In this document: positions 1-9,629 of the stretch, piece after piece | Layout of the letters: each line of letters opens with the position of its first letter | Numbering within the stretch: position 1 is the stretch's first letter | Source: a virus | Taxonomy: Duplodnaviria; Caudoviricetes | Reading direction: 5' to 3' (one strand) | Length of the DNA: 64,000 bases | IMG/VR virus record: IMGVR_UViG_2595698339_000001 | Coordinates: 1 to 64,000 of that record | The notes under the pieces: generated by a model | The model's database searches: none | What the model was told of the DNA's origin: nothing | What the model saw: the letters and a program-made list of their open reading frames with translations, nothing else | Translations under genes and position numbers: made by a program

Positions 1-266
1 GGCTTTCGTGTGAGCCGTGACGTTTTCACAAATATGTGCCCCACCTGGGGAAATGGGGCATCTGCCCTGCATATCTATGCACCGAGGGGAACTCCGATCA
101 CTGAATATCATGCACTGCCAGCCTGGAAACTGGCTCTGACCTGCACACATCCATATGCCATGCAACAGACTCTCCTCCCGAGCGACCTCAAGTGCGGGGT
201 TTGCGGGGAAACGGTGGTGGAGAGGTTCGTGCATGGCGAGTACATCTTCGCACGTAAGGAGCTCAC
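1..266. other. Probable left genome-end non-coding region (cos/terminase-binding region)
   Basis: No convincing ORF; short inverted repeats (tgcccca 37-43 / tggggca 54-60); lies upstream of the packaging genes. Confidence 0.5.
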
Positions 267-449
267 ATGAAGCTATCTGACCTGCCCGCGGGCGCTATCG
301 TCACCAAGGCTCGGCCGTCGCTGCGCATCTCTCGGATCAATATCCAGGGCACAAAGGTCCCGGTCACCTTGGAGTACAACTCGGCCACCGGCGACTTCAA
401 GGTGACCCCGGTCGATCCCTCGCTGAATGATCGGCAGGTGCTCCAGTGA
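267..449 (+). CDS. hypothetical protein
   Basis: AAGGAG RBS before ATG; stop overlaps next GTG (GTGA). Confidence 0.7.
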   Translation: MKLSDLPAGAIVTKARPSLRISRINIQGTKVPVTLEYNSATGDFKVTPVDPSLNDRQVLQ

Positions 450-604
450 TCGAGTTCTTCGAGACCGAGCTGGAGCCCGCCATCGGCCTCGGTGCCGTCG
501 TCCTGGCCGCACTCTCCGAGATTCTGGGCGTCAAGCTGGACCCGGGGGTCTTCTACGGCAATCGGGCCGAGGCGTCGCTGAACGACAGGCACAAGCTCCA
601 GTGA
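446..604 (+). CDS. hypothetical protein (52 aa, MIEFFETELEPAIGLG...SLNDRHKLQ)
   Basis: Read manually; GTGA overlaps at both ends. Confidence 0.65.
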   Translation: MIEFFETELEPAIGLGAVVLAALSEILGVKLDPGVFYGNRAEASLNDRHKLQ

Positions 605-786
605 CGGTCGCATCCCCAGGCGAGTTCCTTCAGGGCGCCATCGACGCCGTCGCGGAATTCCTCCGCGCCTTCGGCCCGGTGATCGACGCCGATCCGGTCG
701 ACCTGGACGCCGACTACGTCGACTGCGAGCACCATATCGAGGGGCCATGCGAGGTCTGCCTGCCGGGAATTGAGGACGACTGGTGA
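601..786 (+). CDS. hypothetical protein, acidic, Cys-containing
   Basis: GTG coupled to the upstream stop; C-terminal part of the 427..786 ORF. Confidence 0.6.
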   Translation: MTVASPGEFLQGAIDAVAEFLRAFGPVIDADPVDLDADYVDCEHHIEGPCEVCLPGIEDDW

Positions 787-1064
787 CGGCCCAATACCCG
801 GCCCTGCCGCCCATGACGGCGTGGCAGAAGGAATTGCTGGCGATCCTGCTCGTGCAGAGCGCACGTTTCTGGGACCTCCCGGACGATCCCCTTGAGGACC
901 TGGGTTTGTGGTTCCCTGAGCTACAGGAAGAGCGGGAAGCCGCCCTGGCGTCCGCCTCCATCCTCGAGCTCATCCTCCAAGACGCCGACCTCACCCTGAC
1001 GTACCGGCGCTGGGAGGCCGGGGCAGTCATCGACGCGCTACTCGAAGGGTTGGAAGATGGGTAA
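783..1064 (+). CDS. hypothetical protein
   Basis: Translationally coupled, GC3-rich codon usage. Confidence 0.7.
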   Translation: MTAQYPALPPMTAWQKELLAILLVQSARFWDLPDDPLEDLGLWFPELQEEREAALASASILELILQDADLTLTYRRWEAGAVIDALLEGLEDG

Positions 1065-1518
1065 ACGCGGACCCAAGCCCCGGCCAAATCACCTCAAGGC
1101 CCTCGAAGGCGTTGAAGAGCGGTACATGAACCGCGACGAGCCGATCCCCACCGATGGGGAACTCGTGGCCCCCGACATGTCGGAGGGCGCCCAGGAAGTC
1201 TGGGACGAGCTGGCCGACGACCTCGCCGACAAGGGCTGCCTCAAGCCGTGGGACGTCTACATGTTCGCCGTGTTCTGCGAGGCGGTGGCCACCTATCGGG
1301 CCTGCCGCAAGATGATGGGCCACGAATACACGGCCATCGGCGCCGCGGGCGGCGTCATCAAGTCCCCGTACTGGCAGATCATGCGCGACTGCGCCACCAC
1401 CATGGCCCAATACTCGTCCCGCTTCGGTCTCACCCCTGGTGACCGGGCCAGCCTTCAGCTGGGCGGCGGGGGAGAGGAAGACGGCCCCAAGAACGGAGCG
1501 GAGCGTCTCCTTGGTTAA
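1057..1518 (+). CDS. terminase small subunit (P27-like)
   Basis: GKRGPKP N-terminus, KSPYWQI and FGLTPGDRASL motifs typical of P27 TerS; position. Confidence 0.9.
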   Translation: MGKRGPKPRPNHLKALEGVEERYMNRDEPIPTDGELVAPDMSEGAQEVWDELADDLADKGCLKPWDVYMFAVFCEAVATYRACRKMMGHEYTAIGAAGGVIKSPYWQIMRDCATTMAQYSSRFGLTPGDRASLQLGGGGEEDGPKNGAERLLG

Positions 1519-1855
1519 CCGTGACTTCTGGCTGGGCATGCTGGCCCTCCCGGCTGCCGCCGCGGCCATCGCCCTCATCGTGGGCGTCATCGCGGGGGTC
1601 ATCTGGTACTCGGAGCGCTTCAGCCTCGGGACCTGGCGGCTGTGGCCCAGGTCGACCCGCGGGCGTGAAGTCCTGCCCGCCATCGCGGCCTGTGCCAAGT
1701 GGACTCGCTACCTGTGGATTCCGGGCTGGCACGTGATCATCTGCCGCACCACGCTCTACGACCCGTACGACGTCGCCGACAACGACAAGCATCATCTCGT
1801 CCGGAACGCCATCCGAGAAGCGCTACGGCGCGCAGGGGAGCACGATTCCGACTGA
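1511..1855 (+). CDS. membrane protein
   Basis: Hydrophobic LALPAAAAAIALIVGVIAGVIW; TTG start overlaps the TerS stop. Confidence 0.65.
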   Translation: MVNRDFWLGMLALPAAAAAIALIVGVIAGVIWYSERFSLGTWRLWPRSTRGREVLPAIAACAKWTRYLWIPGWHVIICRTTLYDPYDVADNDKHHLVRNAIREALRRAGEHDSD

Positions 1856-1879
1856 TCCTGCAATTCCCTGACGGACGAA

Positions 1880-1918
1880 ACTGACCTCCCCTGGGTGAAT
1901 GTACCGGGGAGGCTCAGT
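1880..1918. terminator. hairpin between convergent genes, probable bidirectional terminator
   Basis: actga-cctcccc ... ggggagg-c-tcagt stem. Confidence 0.55.
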
Positions 1919-1955
1919 CGGTCATGCGTGCGATTGGACACTCCTTGCGAGAACA

Positions 1956-2255
1956 TCAGATACCCCTCTCAGCTTTCGTCGGAACCTTCAACACGTAGAT
2001 GGATGTCGGGTTGCGCGAGCTGATCGGCCCCAGTGTCCACCCGGCCGCGGTCAGATGGTCGTGGAGGTCGGCCGCGGCGCGGACATTCTCGCGGGGGAAC
2101 TCCACATCGAGGTCACTCAAGTCCACGAAGATCCCCGCGGGATAGGTGCCGTCACCGCTGACGTGATAGCCCTGGCGGTCGCGGGGCGTGGTGATGATGC
2201 CAGCGTCGCGGCGCAGCGCTCGGGAGACGACGCTGGCTTTCGGGTATCCGTTCAT
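1956..2255 (-). CDS. hypothetical protein, probably leaderless
   Basis: ATG 7 nt downstream of the -10 box of a near-consensus promoter. Confidence 0.65.
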   Translation of the reverse strand: MNGYPKASVVSRALRRDAGIITTPRDRQGYHVSGDGTYPAGIFVDLSDLDVEFPRENVRAAADLHDHLTAAGWTLGPISSRNPTSIYVLKVPTKAERGI

Positions 2256-2262
2256 GAAAACG

Positions 2263-2291
2263 ACCATAACCTTACTTCACCCATAAGTCAA
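2263..2291 (-). promoter_or_regulatory. SigA-type promoter TTGACT-17-TATGGT
   Basis: Near-consensus hexamers with 17-nt spacer on the minus strand. Confidence 0.7.
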
Positions 2292-2302
2292 TAGGAGGTG
2301 TA

Positions 2303-4966
2303 GTGGAACCTTGCGGCTACACCCTTGATGGAATTGAGTGCGAAGAAGTCGGGGCGCACTTCTGCATCCCGCGCGCCAACAAAGCGCAAGCCTTCTTTGA
2401 AGAGATCCTCGTCCACACAAAAGGACAGTACACCCGGAAGAAGTTCATCCTCGAAGACTGGCAGCGGGACGACATCGTCCGCCCACTCTTCGGCAGGGTC
2501 GAATACTCCGAGGAATTCGGCTGCTACAAGCGCCGGTACGAAATCGCCTGGATTGAGCTCGCGCGCAAGAACGGCAAAGCACTCGATGTGGAGACCCCCA
2601 TCCTCACCGGCAATGGCTGGAAGAAGATGGGTGACATCCAAGTCGGGGATTACGTTCACGCCGCGGACGGCACCCTAGCCCGGGTCTCCTACGTCTCCGA
2701 GCGTCACTGGCGCGACTGCTTCTCCGTGCAATTCGCGGACGGCGCCGAACTCGTCGCCTCCGACCATCACCTGTGGGCCGTCAACGACCGCCTCAAGGGT
2801 GAGCGCGTCATCGACACCGCAGAGCTCTACCGGACGCAAACCTACGGAGCCCGCGGGGACCGCCGCTACACGGTCACCGTCCCCGAGGCGCTCGACCGTG
2901 ACGAAGCCCCCCTCCCGCTCGACCCCTACATCCTGGGGGCCTGGCTGGGCGACGGCACCGCCACGCGCGCCGAGTTCACCAGCGAGGACCCCGAGATATT
3001 CGCGGCCATCGAGGCAGCCGGATACCCGCTCTCCTACGACTACGCCAGCGGCAATGCCCGCACCCGCGGCGCCAAGGGCCTGGTGGCAGTCCTGCGCAAG
3101 ATGGGAGTCCTCGGCGCCAAGCACGTCCCGCAGGACTACCTGATCGGATCGCGCGCCCAGCGGCTCGCCCTCCTCCAGGGCCTGATGGACACTGACGGGT
3201 CGGTCATCACTGGGCCGAACACGCCTCGTGTCGAGTTCTGCAACACCAACCGGGACCTGGCCGAGGCTGCGCTCTTCCTGGCTCGCTCGCTCGGATGGAA
3301 GGCCACCCTCAAGGAGTCCCGCGCCCGCCTGAACGGTAAGGACTGCGGACCCCGATTCCGGGTGAGCTGGACCGCCTACTCCGACATGTCACCGTTCCGC
3401 CTGCAGCGGAAGTCTGACAAGTTGGCCGCGGCGCCCGCGCGAGCCACGCGCGCACGGACTAACACAATCACTTCGGTGACGCCCGTCCCCACCGTGGAGA
3501 CGGTCTGCATCCAGATTGATCACCCGTCGCACGTCTTCCTCGCCGGGAAGTCCCTGACTCCGACGCACAACACCGAACTCCTCGCCGGAATCATGCTCTA
3601 CCTGCTCGTCGCTGACGGTGAACAGTCCGGTGAAATCTACGGCGTCGCCCGCGACAAGAAGCAGGCCGCCCTCGCTTTCGACGTCGCCGCCCAGATGGTC
3701 AAGTTCTCGCCGATCCTGTCGAAGCGCCTCAAGGTCGTTGACTACAAGAAACGGATCTACGATGCCAAGACCAACTCCTTCTACGACGTCATCGCCGCTG
3801 ACGCGAAGTCTGCGCTGGGCTCGAACCCTTCTGGTTGTGGCGCTGATGAGATTCTTGCCTGGCAAGACGGCGGCATGTGGGACTCGCTCCGAACCGGTAT
3901 GGGCTCAGGTGCGCGCGTGCAACCACTCATGGTTGCCTCTACCACTGCCGGTAACGACACCGAGGGCTTCGCTGGCCTGAAGCACCGGGAGATGGAACGG
4001 GTCATGGAAGACCCGGACAACCCCGACTTCAAGCACATCTTCGTCTACATGCGGAACACTCCGATGGAGGAGGACCCGTGGAACGAGGAGTGCTGGCCCC
4101 ACGCCAACCCCGCGCTGGGTCGCTTCCTCTCGTGGGAGGCAATGCGCAAGCAGGCCGCTGAGGCCCGCAACAACCCCATCGCCGAGATGGCGTTCCGCCA
4201 GTTCAAGCTGAACCAGTGGCAGAACTCCACCATCCGCTGGATGCGGATGCCAGCGTGGGATGAGTGCAAGGGCACCGTATTTAAGTCGAATAAGGACCTT
4301 TTCGACGCATTTGCGGGCCAATCCTGCTGGTTTGGGCTGGACCTCGCTGCACGACGCGATTTGTGCTCGATTTGCTACCTATTCCCGCAGTCGGACGGCT
4401 CAGTCGATCTGCTTTGGCGACACTGGATTCCAGAGTCTGCCCTAGCCAAGCTGGACCGCCTGAACGACGGTCGCTTCGCCAAGGAGTTCGTCCCCGGAGG
4501 CTGGTTGAAGGTCACTGAGGGCGACGTACTCGACTTCGACGTGGTCTACGACGACATCGAGGCTGACTCAAAGCGTTTCACCATCCTCGGTGGCGATGCT
4601 GACCAGTGGTCCTCGGACCCTGTCATTCAGGAGATCGAGAAGAGGACGTACCTCTACGAGGACATCTTCGCCTACAAGAACGACTTCGCCCACATGTCCG
4701 ACAGTATGCACCGCATCTTCGAGTGGACGCTCGCCAAGAATCTGCGTCACCACGGGAATCCGTTGGCGCGCTTCTGCTTTAGCGCCTGCGAGGCTCGTGT
4801 GGCTGCGTACGACCCGAACCTAATCCGCCCTGACAAACCCGACCGCGACATGGCTGCCAAGCGCATCGACGCCGTACCCACCGCAGTGATGGCTACCAAC
4901 GCCTTCTACACCCGCGGTGGCGACTACGACTCGGTCTACGAGGAGCGTGAAGCATTGAGCGTCTGA
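2303..4966 (+). CDS. terminase large subunit, intein-containing
   Basis: Walker A ARKNGK/T split by the intein, Walker B ADE, TTAG motif, GLDLA and IDAV nuclease motifs. Confidence 0.97.
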   Translation: MEPCGYTLDGIECEEVGAHFCIPRANKAQAFFEEILVHTKGQYTRKKFILEDWQRDDIVRPLFGRVEYSEEFGCYKRRYEIAWIELARKNGKALDVETPILTGNGWKKMGDIQVGDYVHAADGTLARVSYVSERHWRDCFSVQFADGAELVASDHHLWAVNDRLKGERVIDTAELYRTQTYGARGDRRYTVTVPEALDRDEAPLPLDPYILGAWLGDGTATRAEFTSEDPEIFAAIEAAGYPLSYDYASGNARTRGAKGLVAVLRKMGVLGAKHVPQDYLIGSRAQRLALLQGLMDTDGSVITGPNTPRVEFCNTNRDLAEAALFLARSLGWKATLKESRARLNGKDCGPRFRVSWTAYSDMSPFRLQRKSDKLAAAPARATRARTNTITSVTPVPTVETVCIQIDHPSHVFLAGKSLTPTHNTELLAGIMLYLLVADGEQSGEIYGVARDKKQAALAFDVAAQMVKFSPILSKRLKVVDYKKRIYDAKTNSFYDVIAADAKSALGSNPSGCGADEILAWQDGGMWDSLRTGMGSGARVQPLMVASTTAGNDTEGFAGLKHREMERVMEDPDNPDFKHIFVYMRNTPMEEDPWNEECWPHANPALGRFLSWEAMRKQAAEARNNPIAEMAFRQFKLNQWQNSTIRWMRMPAWDECKGTVFKSNKDLFDAFAGQSCWFGLDLAARRDLCSICYLFPQSDGSVDLLWRHWIPESALAKLDRLNDGRFAKEFVPGGWLKVTEGDVLDFDVVYDDIEADSKRFTILGGDADQWSSDPVIQEIEKRTYLYEDIFAYKNDFAHMSDSMHRIFEWTLAKNLRHHGNPLARFCFSACEARVAAYDPNLIRPDKPDRDMAAKRIDAVPTAVMATNAFYTRGGDYDSVYEEREALSV
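2579..3571 (+). mobile_element. class 3 intein (331 aa) with LAGLIDADG homing endonuclease
   Basis: Starts Ala (ALDVETP), ends HN followed by Thr; block B SDHHLW, block F TVCIQI, block G TPTHN (W-C-T triplet); YILGAWLGDG and LLQGLMDTDG helices. Confidence 0.92.
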
Positions 4967-4977
4967 GAGGTATCTAA

Positions 4978-5199
4978 TTGTTTGAGAAGAAAGACCTGCT
5001 CAAAGACCATGTGCGCGAGCGGTTTTACGTGACCCCCGGGCATGACGTGCCCCCCTTCACTGGCATCCTACTGAACGTCGCCAAGGCCAACCTGGAATTC
5101 GGCGATGTGCGCGTGGAGAACCACCAAGTGGAGGGCACGCTGTTCGTTGAGCGTCACCCCGGCCTCTATCTCCAAAGGGTGAATGATGCTACTGGCTAA
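4978..5199 (+). CDS. hypothetical protein
   Basis: GAGAGG RBS, fills the gap between terminase and portal. Confidence 0.7.
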   Translation: MFEKKDLLKDHVRERFYVTPGHDVPPFTGILLNVAKANLEFGDVRVENHQVEGTLFVERHPGLYLQRVNDATG

Positions 5200-6742
5200 C
5201 GGTCAGACCCTGTCCGCGCCCGCCATGGCCGAGCTGTCGCCACAGATGCAGGACTCCTACTACTACGCGCCCGCTGTGGGCATGCAGTTGGAGCGCCAAT
5301 TCTCGCTCTACGGCGGCATTTACAAGAACCAGCCATGGGTACGGACAGTCATTGCCAAGCGCGCACAGGCGCTGGCACGCCTCCCGGTGAAGTGCATGTT
5401 CACCAGCGGTGACACCGAGACCGAGGAGCGTGACACCGGCTACGCGAAACTGCTGGCCGACCCCTGTGAATACCTTGATCCGTTCGCCTTCTGGGAGTGG
5501 GTCGCCTCGACGCTGGACATCTACGGCGAGACGTACCTGGCCATCCAGAAGAACAAGAGCGGTACCCCCGAGAAGCTGATGCCGATGCACCCCTCGCGGG
5601 TCGCCATCAAGCGCAACAGCCGAACTGGCCGCTACGAGTACTACTTCCAGGCCGGTGCCGGTGTGGGCACGCAGCTGGTGAGCTTCGCCGACGACGAGGT
5701 CGTCCCGATCCGCTTCTTCAACCCTGACGGGCTGGAGCGCGGTCTGTCGCTCATGGAGTCGCTGAAGTCCACGATCTTCTCCGAGGATTCCTCGCGCAAC
5801 GCCACCGCGGCGATGTGGAAGAACGCTGGCCGCCCCAACCTGGTGCTGCGGCACGAGAAGCGCCTCAGTGAGGCTGCTCAGCAGCGCCTGCGCGAACAGT
5901 TCGACCGCGCGCACTCGGGCTCCTCGAATACCGGCAAGACGATGGTGGTGGAAGAGGGCATGGAGCCCATCCCGCTGCAGTTGACCGCGGTGGAGATGCA
6001 GTTCATCGAAGCCCGCCAGCTCAACCGCGAAGAGGTCTGCGGCGTCTACGACATCGCCCCTCCCATCGTCCACATCCTGGACCGTGCCACGTTCTCCAAC
6101 ATCTCGGCGCAGATGCGCGCGTTCTACCGCGACACCATGGCGATTCCGATTGCCCGCATCCAGTCCGCGATGGACAAGTACGTCGGACAGTACTGGGTCC
6201 GCAAGAACCGCATGAAGTTCGACATTGACGACGTCATCCAGCCCGACTGGGAGGCGAAGTCCGAGTCGACGCAGAAGATGGTCAACTCCGGTGTCGCCAC
6301 CCCGAACGAGGGCCGCGAGATCATGGGCCTGCCGCGGTCGAATGACCCGAAGGCCGACGAGTTGTACGCGAACTCCGCGCTGCAGCCCTTGGGCGCCACG
6401 CCCGATGGCGCTGTCGAGGGGGAGGAGGCCCCGGCGCCGAAGCGACCGGCCAGTACTCCTGTCGCGTCTCTGGACCAGTCTCCGCCCACCTCGGTGCCGG
6501 GACTATCCCCGACCAATTCTGATCGCTCCACGGACTCAGGGAAGACCGAGCCGCGGCGCCTCATGCAGAAGCCACCCCCCAAGGAGTCGTCGCCGAAGCA
6601 CCTGCGCGCCGTCAAGGGCGCCATGGGCCGCGGCAAGGACATCAAGGGCTTCGCGCTGCAACTGGCGGAGAAGTACCCCGACGACCTGGAGGACATCTTG
6701 CTCGCCGTGCAGCTCGCACTGGCCGAGCGGAAGGACAACTGA
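5183..6742 (+). CDS. portal protein (HK97-like)
   Basis: GETYLAI, MHPSRV, GLSLME, TPNEGREIMGLP motifs; position. Confidence 0.95.
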   Translation: MMLLANGQTLSAPAMAELSPQMQDSYYYAPAVGMQLERQFSLYGGIYKNQPWVRTVIAKRAQALARLPVKCMFTSGDTETEERDTGYAKLLADPCEYLDPFAFWEWVASTLDIYGETYLAIQKNKSGTPEKLMPMHPSRVAIKRNSRTGRYEYYFQAGAGVGTQLVSFADDEVVPIRFFNPDGLERGLSLMESLKSTIFSEDSSRNATAAMWKNAGRPNLVLRHEKRLSEAAQQRLREQFDRAHSGSSNTGKTMVVEEGMEPIPLQLTAVEMQFIEARQLNREEVCGVYDIAPPIVHILDRATFSNISAQMRAFYRDTMAIPIARIQSAMDKYVGQYWVRKNRMKFDIDDVIQPDWEAKSESTQKMVNSGVATPNEGREIMGLPRSNDPKADELYANSALQPLGATPDGAVEGEEAPAPKRPASTPVASLDQSPPTSVPGLSPTNSDRSTDSGKTEPRRLMQKPPPKESSPKHLRAVKGAMGRGKDIKGFALQLAEKYPDDLEDILLAVQLALAERKDN

Positions 6743-6747
6743 ATATG
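6731..6747 (+). promoter_or_regulatory. start-associated motif AAGGACAACTGAATATG
   Basis: Identical 17-mer at 11317-11333, near-identical at 7821-7836. Confidence 0.7.
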
Positions 6748-7746
6748 GACCTCATCACCAAGGCCCTAGCCACCATCGACCAGTCGGCCGAGAAGGACTA
6801 CGGCCCCAATGGCGGCTTCACCGCAGTGCTCTCAACCCCGTCGATGGACCGTGACGGCGACAGCCTGAAGCGCCACGAGTGGAAGGAACCCCTTCCCGAC
6901 CGAGTCCCGCTCGACGTCGACCACGGCATGTCCGTGGCCACCACCGTGGGCTCGTTCCACCCCTACTTTGAGGGTGACAAGCTGATGATGGACGCCTACT
7001 TCTCCTCGCTGAAGCAGGCCCAGGATGTTCGGACCCTCGTGGACGAGGGGCACATCAGCACCGTCTCCGTCGCGTTCATGAATGACCGCGGCGCCATGAA
7101 GGACGGCACCCCCCACCGGGAACTCCTCAACGCGGGCATCGTCGCCATCCCCTCCAACCGGGATGCAGTGATCCTGCAGTCCAAGGCGCTCGACACCCGC
7201 GCCCAGGAACTCGCGCACGAGAAGGTGCTCGAGAAGGCGGCCGGTGCCGGTAACGGCGACACCGCGCTTCTCCAGGCCATCCACGACGCGGCCGTCCACC
7301 TCGGCGCCGAGTGCGCCGCCTGCGACGAGCTGCACGCCAGCGACGTTCCCAATCCTCCGCCCGCGGCGCCCGGTGCCGAACCGGCGCCCAAGCCCAAGCC
7401 TGCGGCTGAGAAGAAGCCCCCGGCCAAGGATGCGGACGAGGAAGAGATCGAAACCAAGTCCACCATCGAGGTGGAGGTCCCCGAGGGTGAAGACCTTGAA
7501 GCGTTCAAGGCTCGCCTCGAAGGACTGCTCAACCCCCAGACTCCCGACCTCCCTGACGAGGCCGGAACGCCACAAGATTCAACCGAAGAATCGCCCGCTG
7601 ACGAAGAGCCCGCGCCCGTCGATGAGACCGCCGCCGCCTCCGAGGAAGCCGCCGAGGAGCCGGAAGAAGTGGTGGTCGAAGAGCCCTCTCTGTTTGAGAC
7701 TCACGGAGAGATGCTCGCCTTCGCGTCCAGTTTCTCTGGACTCTGA
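6745..7746 (+). CDS. capsid maturation protease with acidic C-terminal extension
   Basis: DRDGD, DH and VSVAF motifs of HK97-type protease; position between portal and capsid. Confidence 0.88.
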   Translation: MDLITKALATIDQSAEKDYGPNGGFTAVLSTPSMDRDGDSLKRHEWKEPLPDRVPLDVDHGMSVATTVGSFHPYFEGDKLMMDAYFSSLKQAQDVRTLVDEGHISTVSVAFMNDRGAMKDGTPHRELLNAGIVAIPSNRDAVILQSKALDTRAQELAHEKVLEKAAGAGNGDTALLQAIHDAAVHLGAECAACDELHASDVPNPPPAAPGAEPAPKPKPAAEKKPPAKDADEEEIETKSTIEVEVPEGEDLEAFKARLEGLLNPQTPDLPDEAGTPQDSTEESPADEEPAPVDETAAASEEAAEEPEEVVVEEPSLFETHGEMLAFASSFSGL

Positions 7747-7833
7747 CAAATCCATCCGCTGTTCAGTATTCATGCGGCACAACAGGATTGAACATCACCG
7801 CTACTGAACAACAACTCCATAAGGAAACTGAAT

Positions 7834-9327
7834 ATGCCTAGCACGGCACAGTTGGAAGCCCAGGGCCGCCAGCTCGCAAAGTCCATCAAGGACATCAACG
7901 CGGACGAGACCAAGACCGCCGCGGAGAAGAAGGAAGCCCTCGCCAAGATCGAACCCGACTTCAAGGCCCACCAGGCCGAGGTCGAGGCGCACGAGCGCGC
8001 GCAGGAGATGCTGAAGAGCCTCGGTGGCGCGGACGCCGCCAAGGACGGCCTGGACAACGACATCCCCGAGGTCGAGGTCCGCAACCTGAAGCAGATTCGC
8101 AAGCACCTGGCTCGCGCGGTCATCATGAACCCGGAGCTCAAGAACGCCACGTCGTTCGAGAAGGGCACCAAGTTCGACGTCTCGTTCAACGTGAGCGCCA
8201 AGGCGGCTGACCCCGGCACGGCTGCGGCTGAGCTGATGGGCGCCTTCGCGGACGGTGAGACCGCCCCCGCGGCCATCGGCCAGAACCCCTTCGGTTCGAC
8301 GGGTACCTTCGCCCCCGGCATCCTGCCGACCTTCCTCCCGGGCATCGTGGAGCAGCTGTTCTACGAGCTGAGCCTCGCGGACCTGATTTCCTCGCGGCCC
8401 GTCACCAGCCCGAACCTGTCGTACCTGACCGAGTCGGCTGCGCACAACAACGCCGCCGCGGTCGCTGAAGCCGGGACCTACCCGTTCTCCAGCGAAGAGT
8501 TCGCGCGGGTCTACGAGCAGGTCGGCAAGGTCGCCAACGCTCTGACCATCACCGATGAAGGTCTGCGCGACGCACCCGAGCTGTTCAACTTCGTCCAGGG
8601 CCGCCTGCTCGAAGGCATCCAGCGCAAGGAAGAGGTCCAGCTCCTGGCTGGCGGCGGGTACCCCGGCGTCAACGGCCTGCTGCAGCGCTCGACCGGCTTC
8701 ACCGCCTCCTCGGCCTCCTCGCTGTTCGGCGCCACCTCGGCCACCGTCAGCAACGTGAAGTTCCCCGCGGACGGCACCAACGGTGCGTTCGTCGGCCAGG
8801 ACACTGTCGCGTCGCTGAAGTATGGCCGCGTCGTCACCGGCGCCGCTGGCTCGGGCTCTGGCGTTGCGGGCTCGTACCCGACCGCCGCGGAGATCGCGGA
8901 GAACGTCTTCGACGCCTTCGTGGACATCCAGCTGACCCTGTTCCAGACCCCGAACGCTGTGGTGATGAACCCGCGCGACTGGGAGCTCCTGCGCCTGACG
9001 AAGGACGCCAATGGCCAGTACATGGGCGGCAACTTCTTCGGCAACGCCTACGGCAACCCGGTCAACGGCGGCAAGAACATCTGGGGCGTCCCGGTTGTCA
9101 CCACCCCGCTGATCCCGCTGGGCACCATCCTGGTGGGCCACTTCGCGCCTTCGGTCATCCAGACCGCTCGCCGCGAGGGCGTGACCATGCAGATGACCAA
9201 CAGCAACGGAACCGACTTCGTTGATGGCAAGGTCACCGTGCGCGCTGAAGAGCGCCTCGGCCTGCTGGTGTACCGCCCCTCGGCCTTCCAGCTGATCCAG
9301 CTGAAGAAGGGTGCGACGGGTTCTTAA
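7834..9327 (+). CDS. major capsid protein (HK97 fold)
   Basis: VAEAG, VMNPRDW, IWGVPVV and RAEERLG motifs; strong codon bias. Confidence 0.96.
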   Translation: MPSTAQLEAQGRQLAKSIKDINADETKTAAEKKEALAKIEPDFKAHQAEVEAHERAQEMLKSLGGADAAKDGLDNDIPEVEVRNLKQIRKHLARAVIMNPELKNATSFEKGTKFDVSFNVSAKAADPGTAAAELMGAFADGETAPAAIGQNPFGSTGTFAPGILPTFLPGIVEQLFYELSLADLISSRPVTSPNLSYLTESAAHNNAAAVAEAGTYPFSSEEFARVYEQVGKVANALTITDEGLRDAPELFNFVQGRLLEGIQRKEEVQLLAGGGYPGVNGLLQRSTGFTASSASSLFGATSATVSNVKFPADGTNGAFVGQDTVASLKYGRVVTGAAGSGSGVAGSYPTAAEIAENVFDAFVDIQLTLFQTPNAVVMNPRDWELLRLTKDANGQYMGGNFFGNAYGNPVNGGKNIWGVPVVTTPLIPLGTILVGHFAPSVIQTARREGVTMQMTNSNGTDFVDGKVTVRAEERLGLLVYRPSAFQLIQLKKGATGS

Positions 9328-9392
9328 TAACCGTCCCGGGATCAACTACCTACCCGGGCGAGAACACCTTTCCAGTAGGTAGCTGACGTTCG

Positions 9393-9425
9393 TGAGGGGG
9401 CCGGGTCACCTCGGCCCCCTCATTT
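9393..9425 (+). terminator. intrinsic terminator after capsid gene
   Basis: tgagggggccg...cggccccctca stem followed by ttt. Confidence 0.7.
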
Positions 9426-9449
9426 ACACGAAAGGCGTTCTGCAAGAAC

Positions 9450-9629
9450 ATGTCTCACATTCAAGTCAAAGATACGTATCCCAAGCCGCTGATCATCCCC
9501 GCGGTCCACTCCGCCTATGTCAACCGGGCTGAAGCCAAGCTGGTCGAGGACGAGGTCGAGACCAAGGTTGTCCGCAGCGGCCGCAAGGCGAAGACGAACC
9601 GGCCCACCGCAGGCGTGGAGACGAAGTAG
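9450..9629 (+). CDS. small hypothetical protein (59 aa)
   Basis: Read manually; stop overlaps the next GTG. Confidence 0.6.
   Translation: MSHIQVKDTYPKPLIIPAVHSAYVNRAEAKLVEDEVETKVVRSGRKAKTNRPTAGVETK

Noticed and set aside
10-270. 86-aa ORF at the window start
   Set aside because: No room for an RBS, weak codon bias, overlaps the probable end-region inverted repeats
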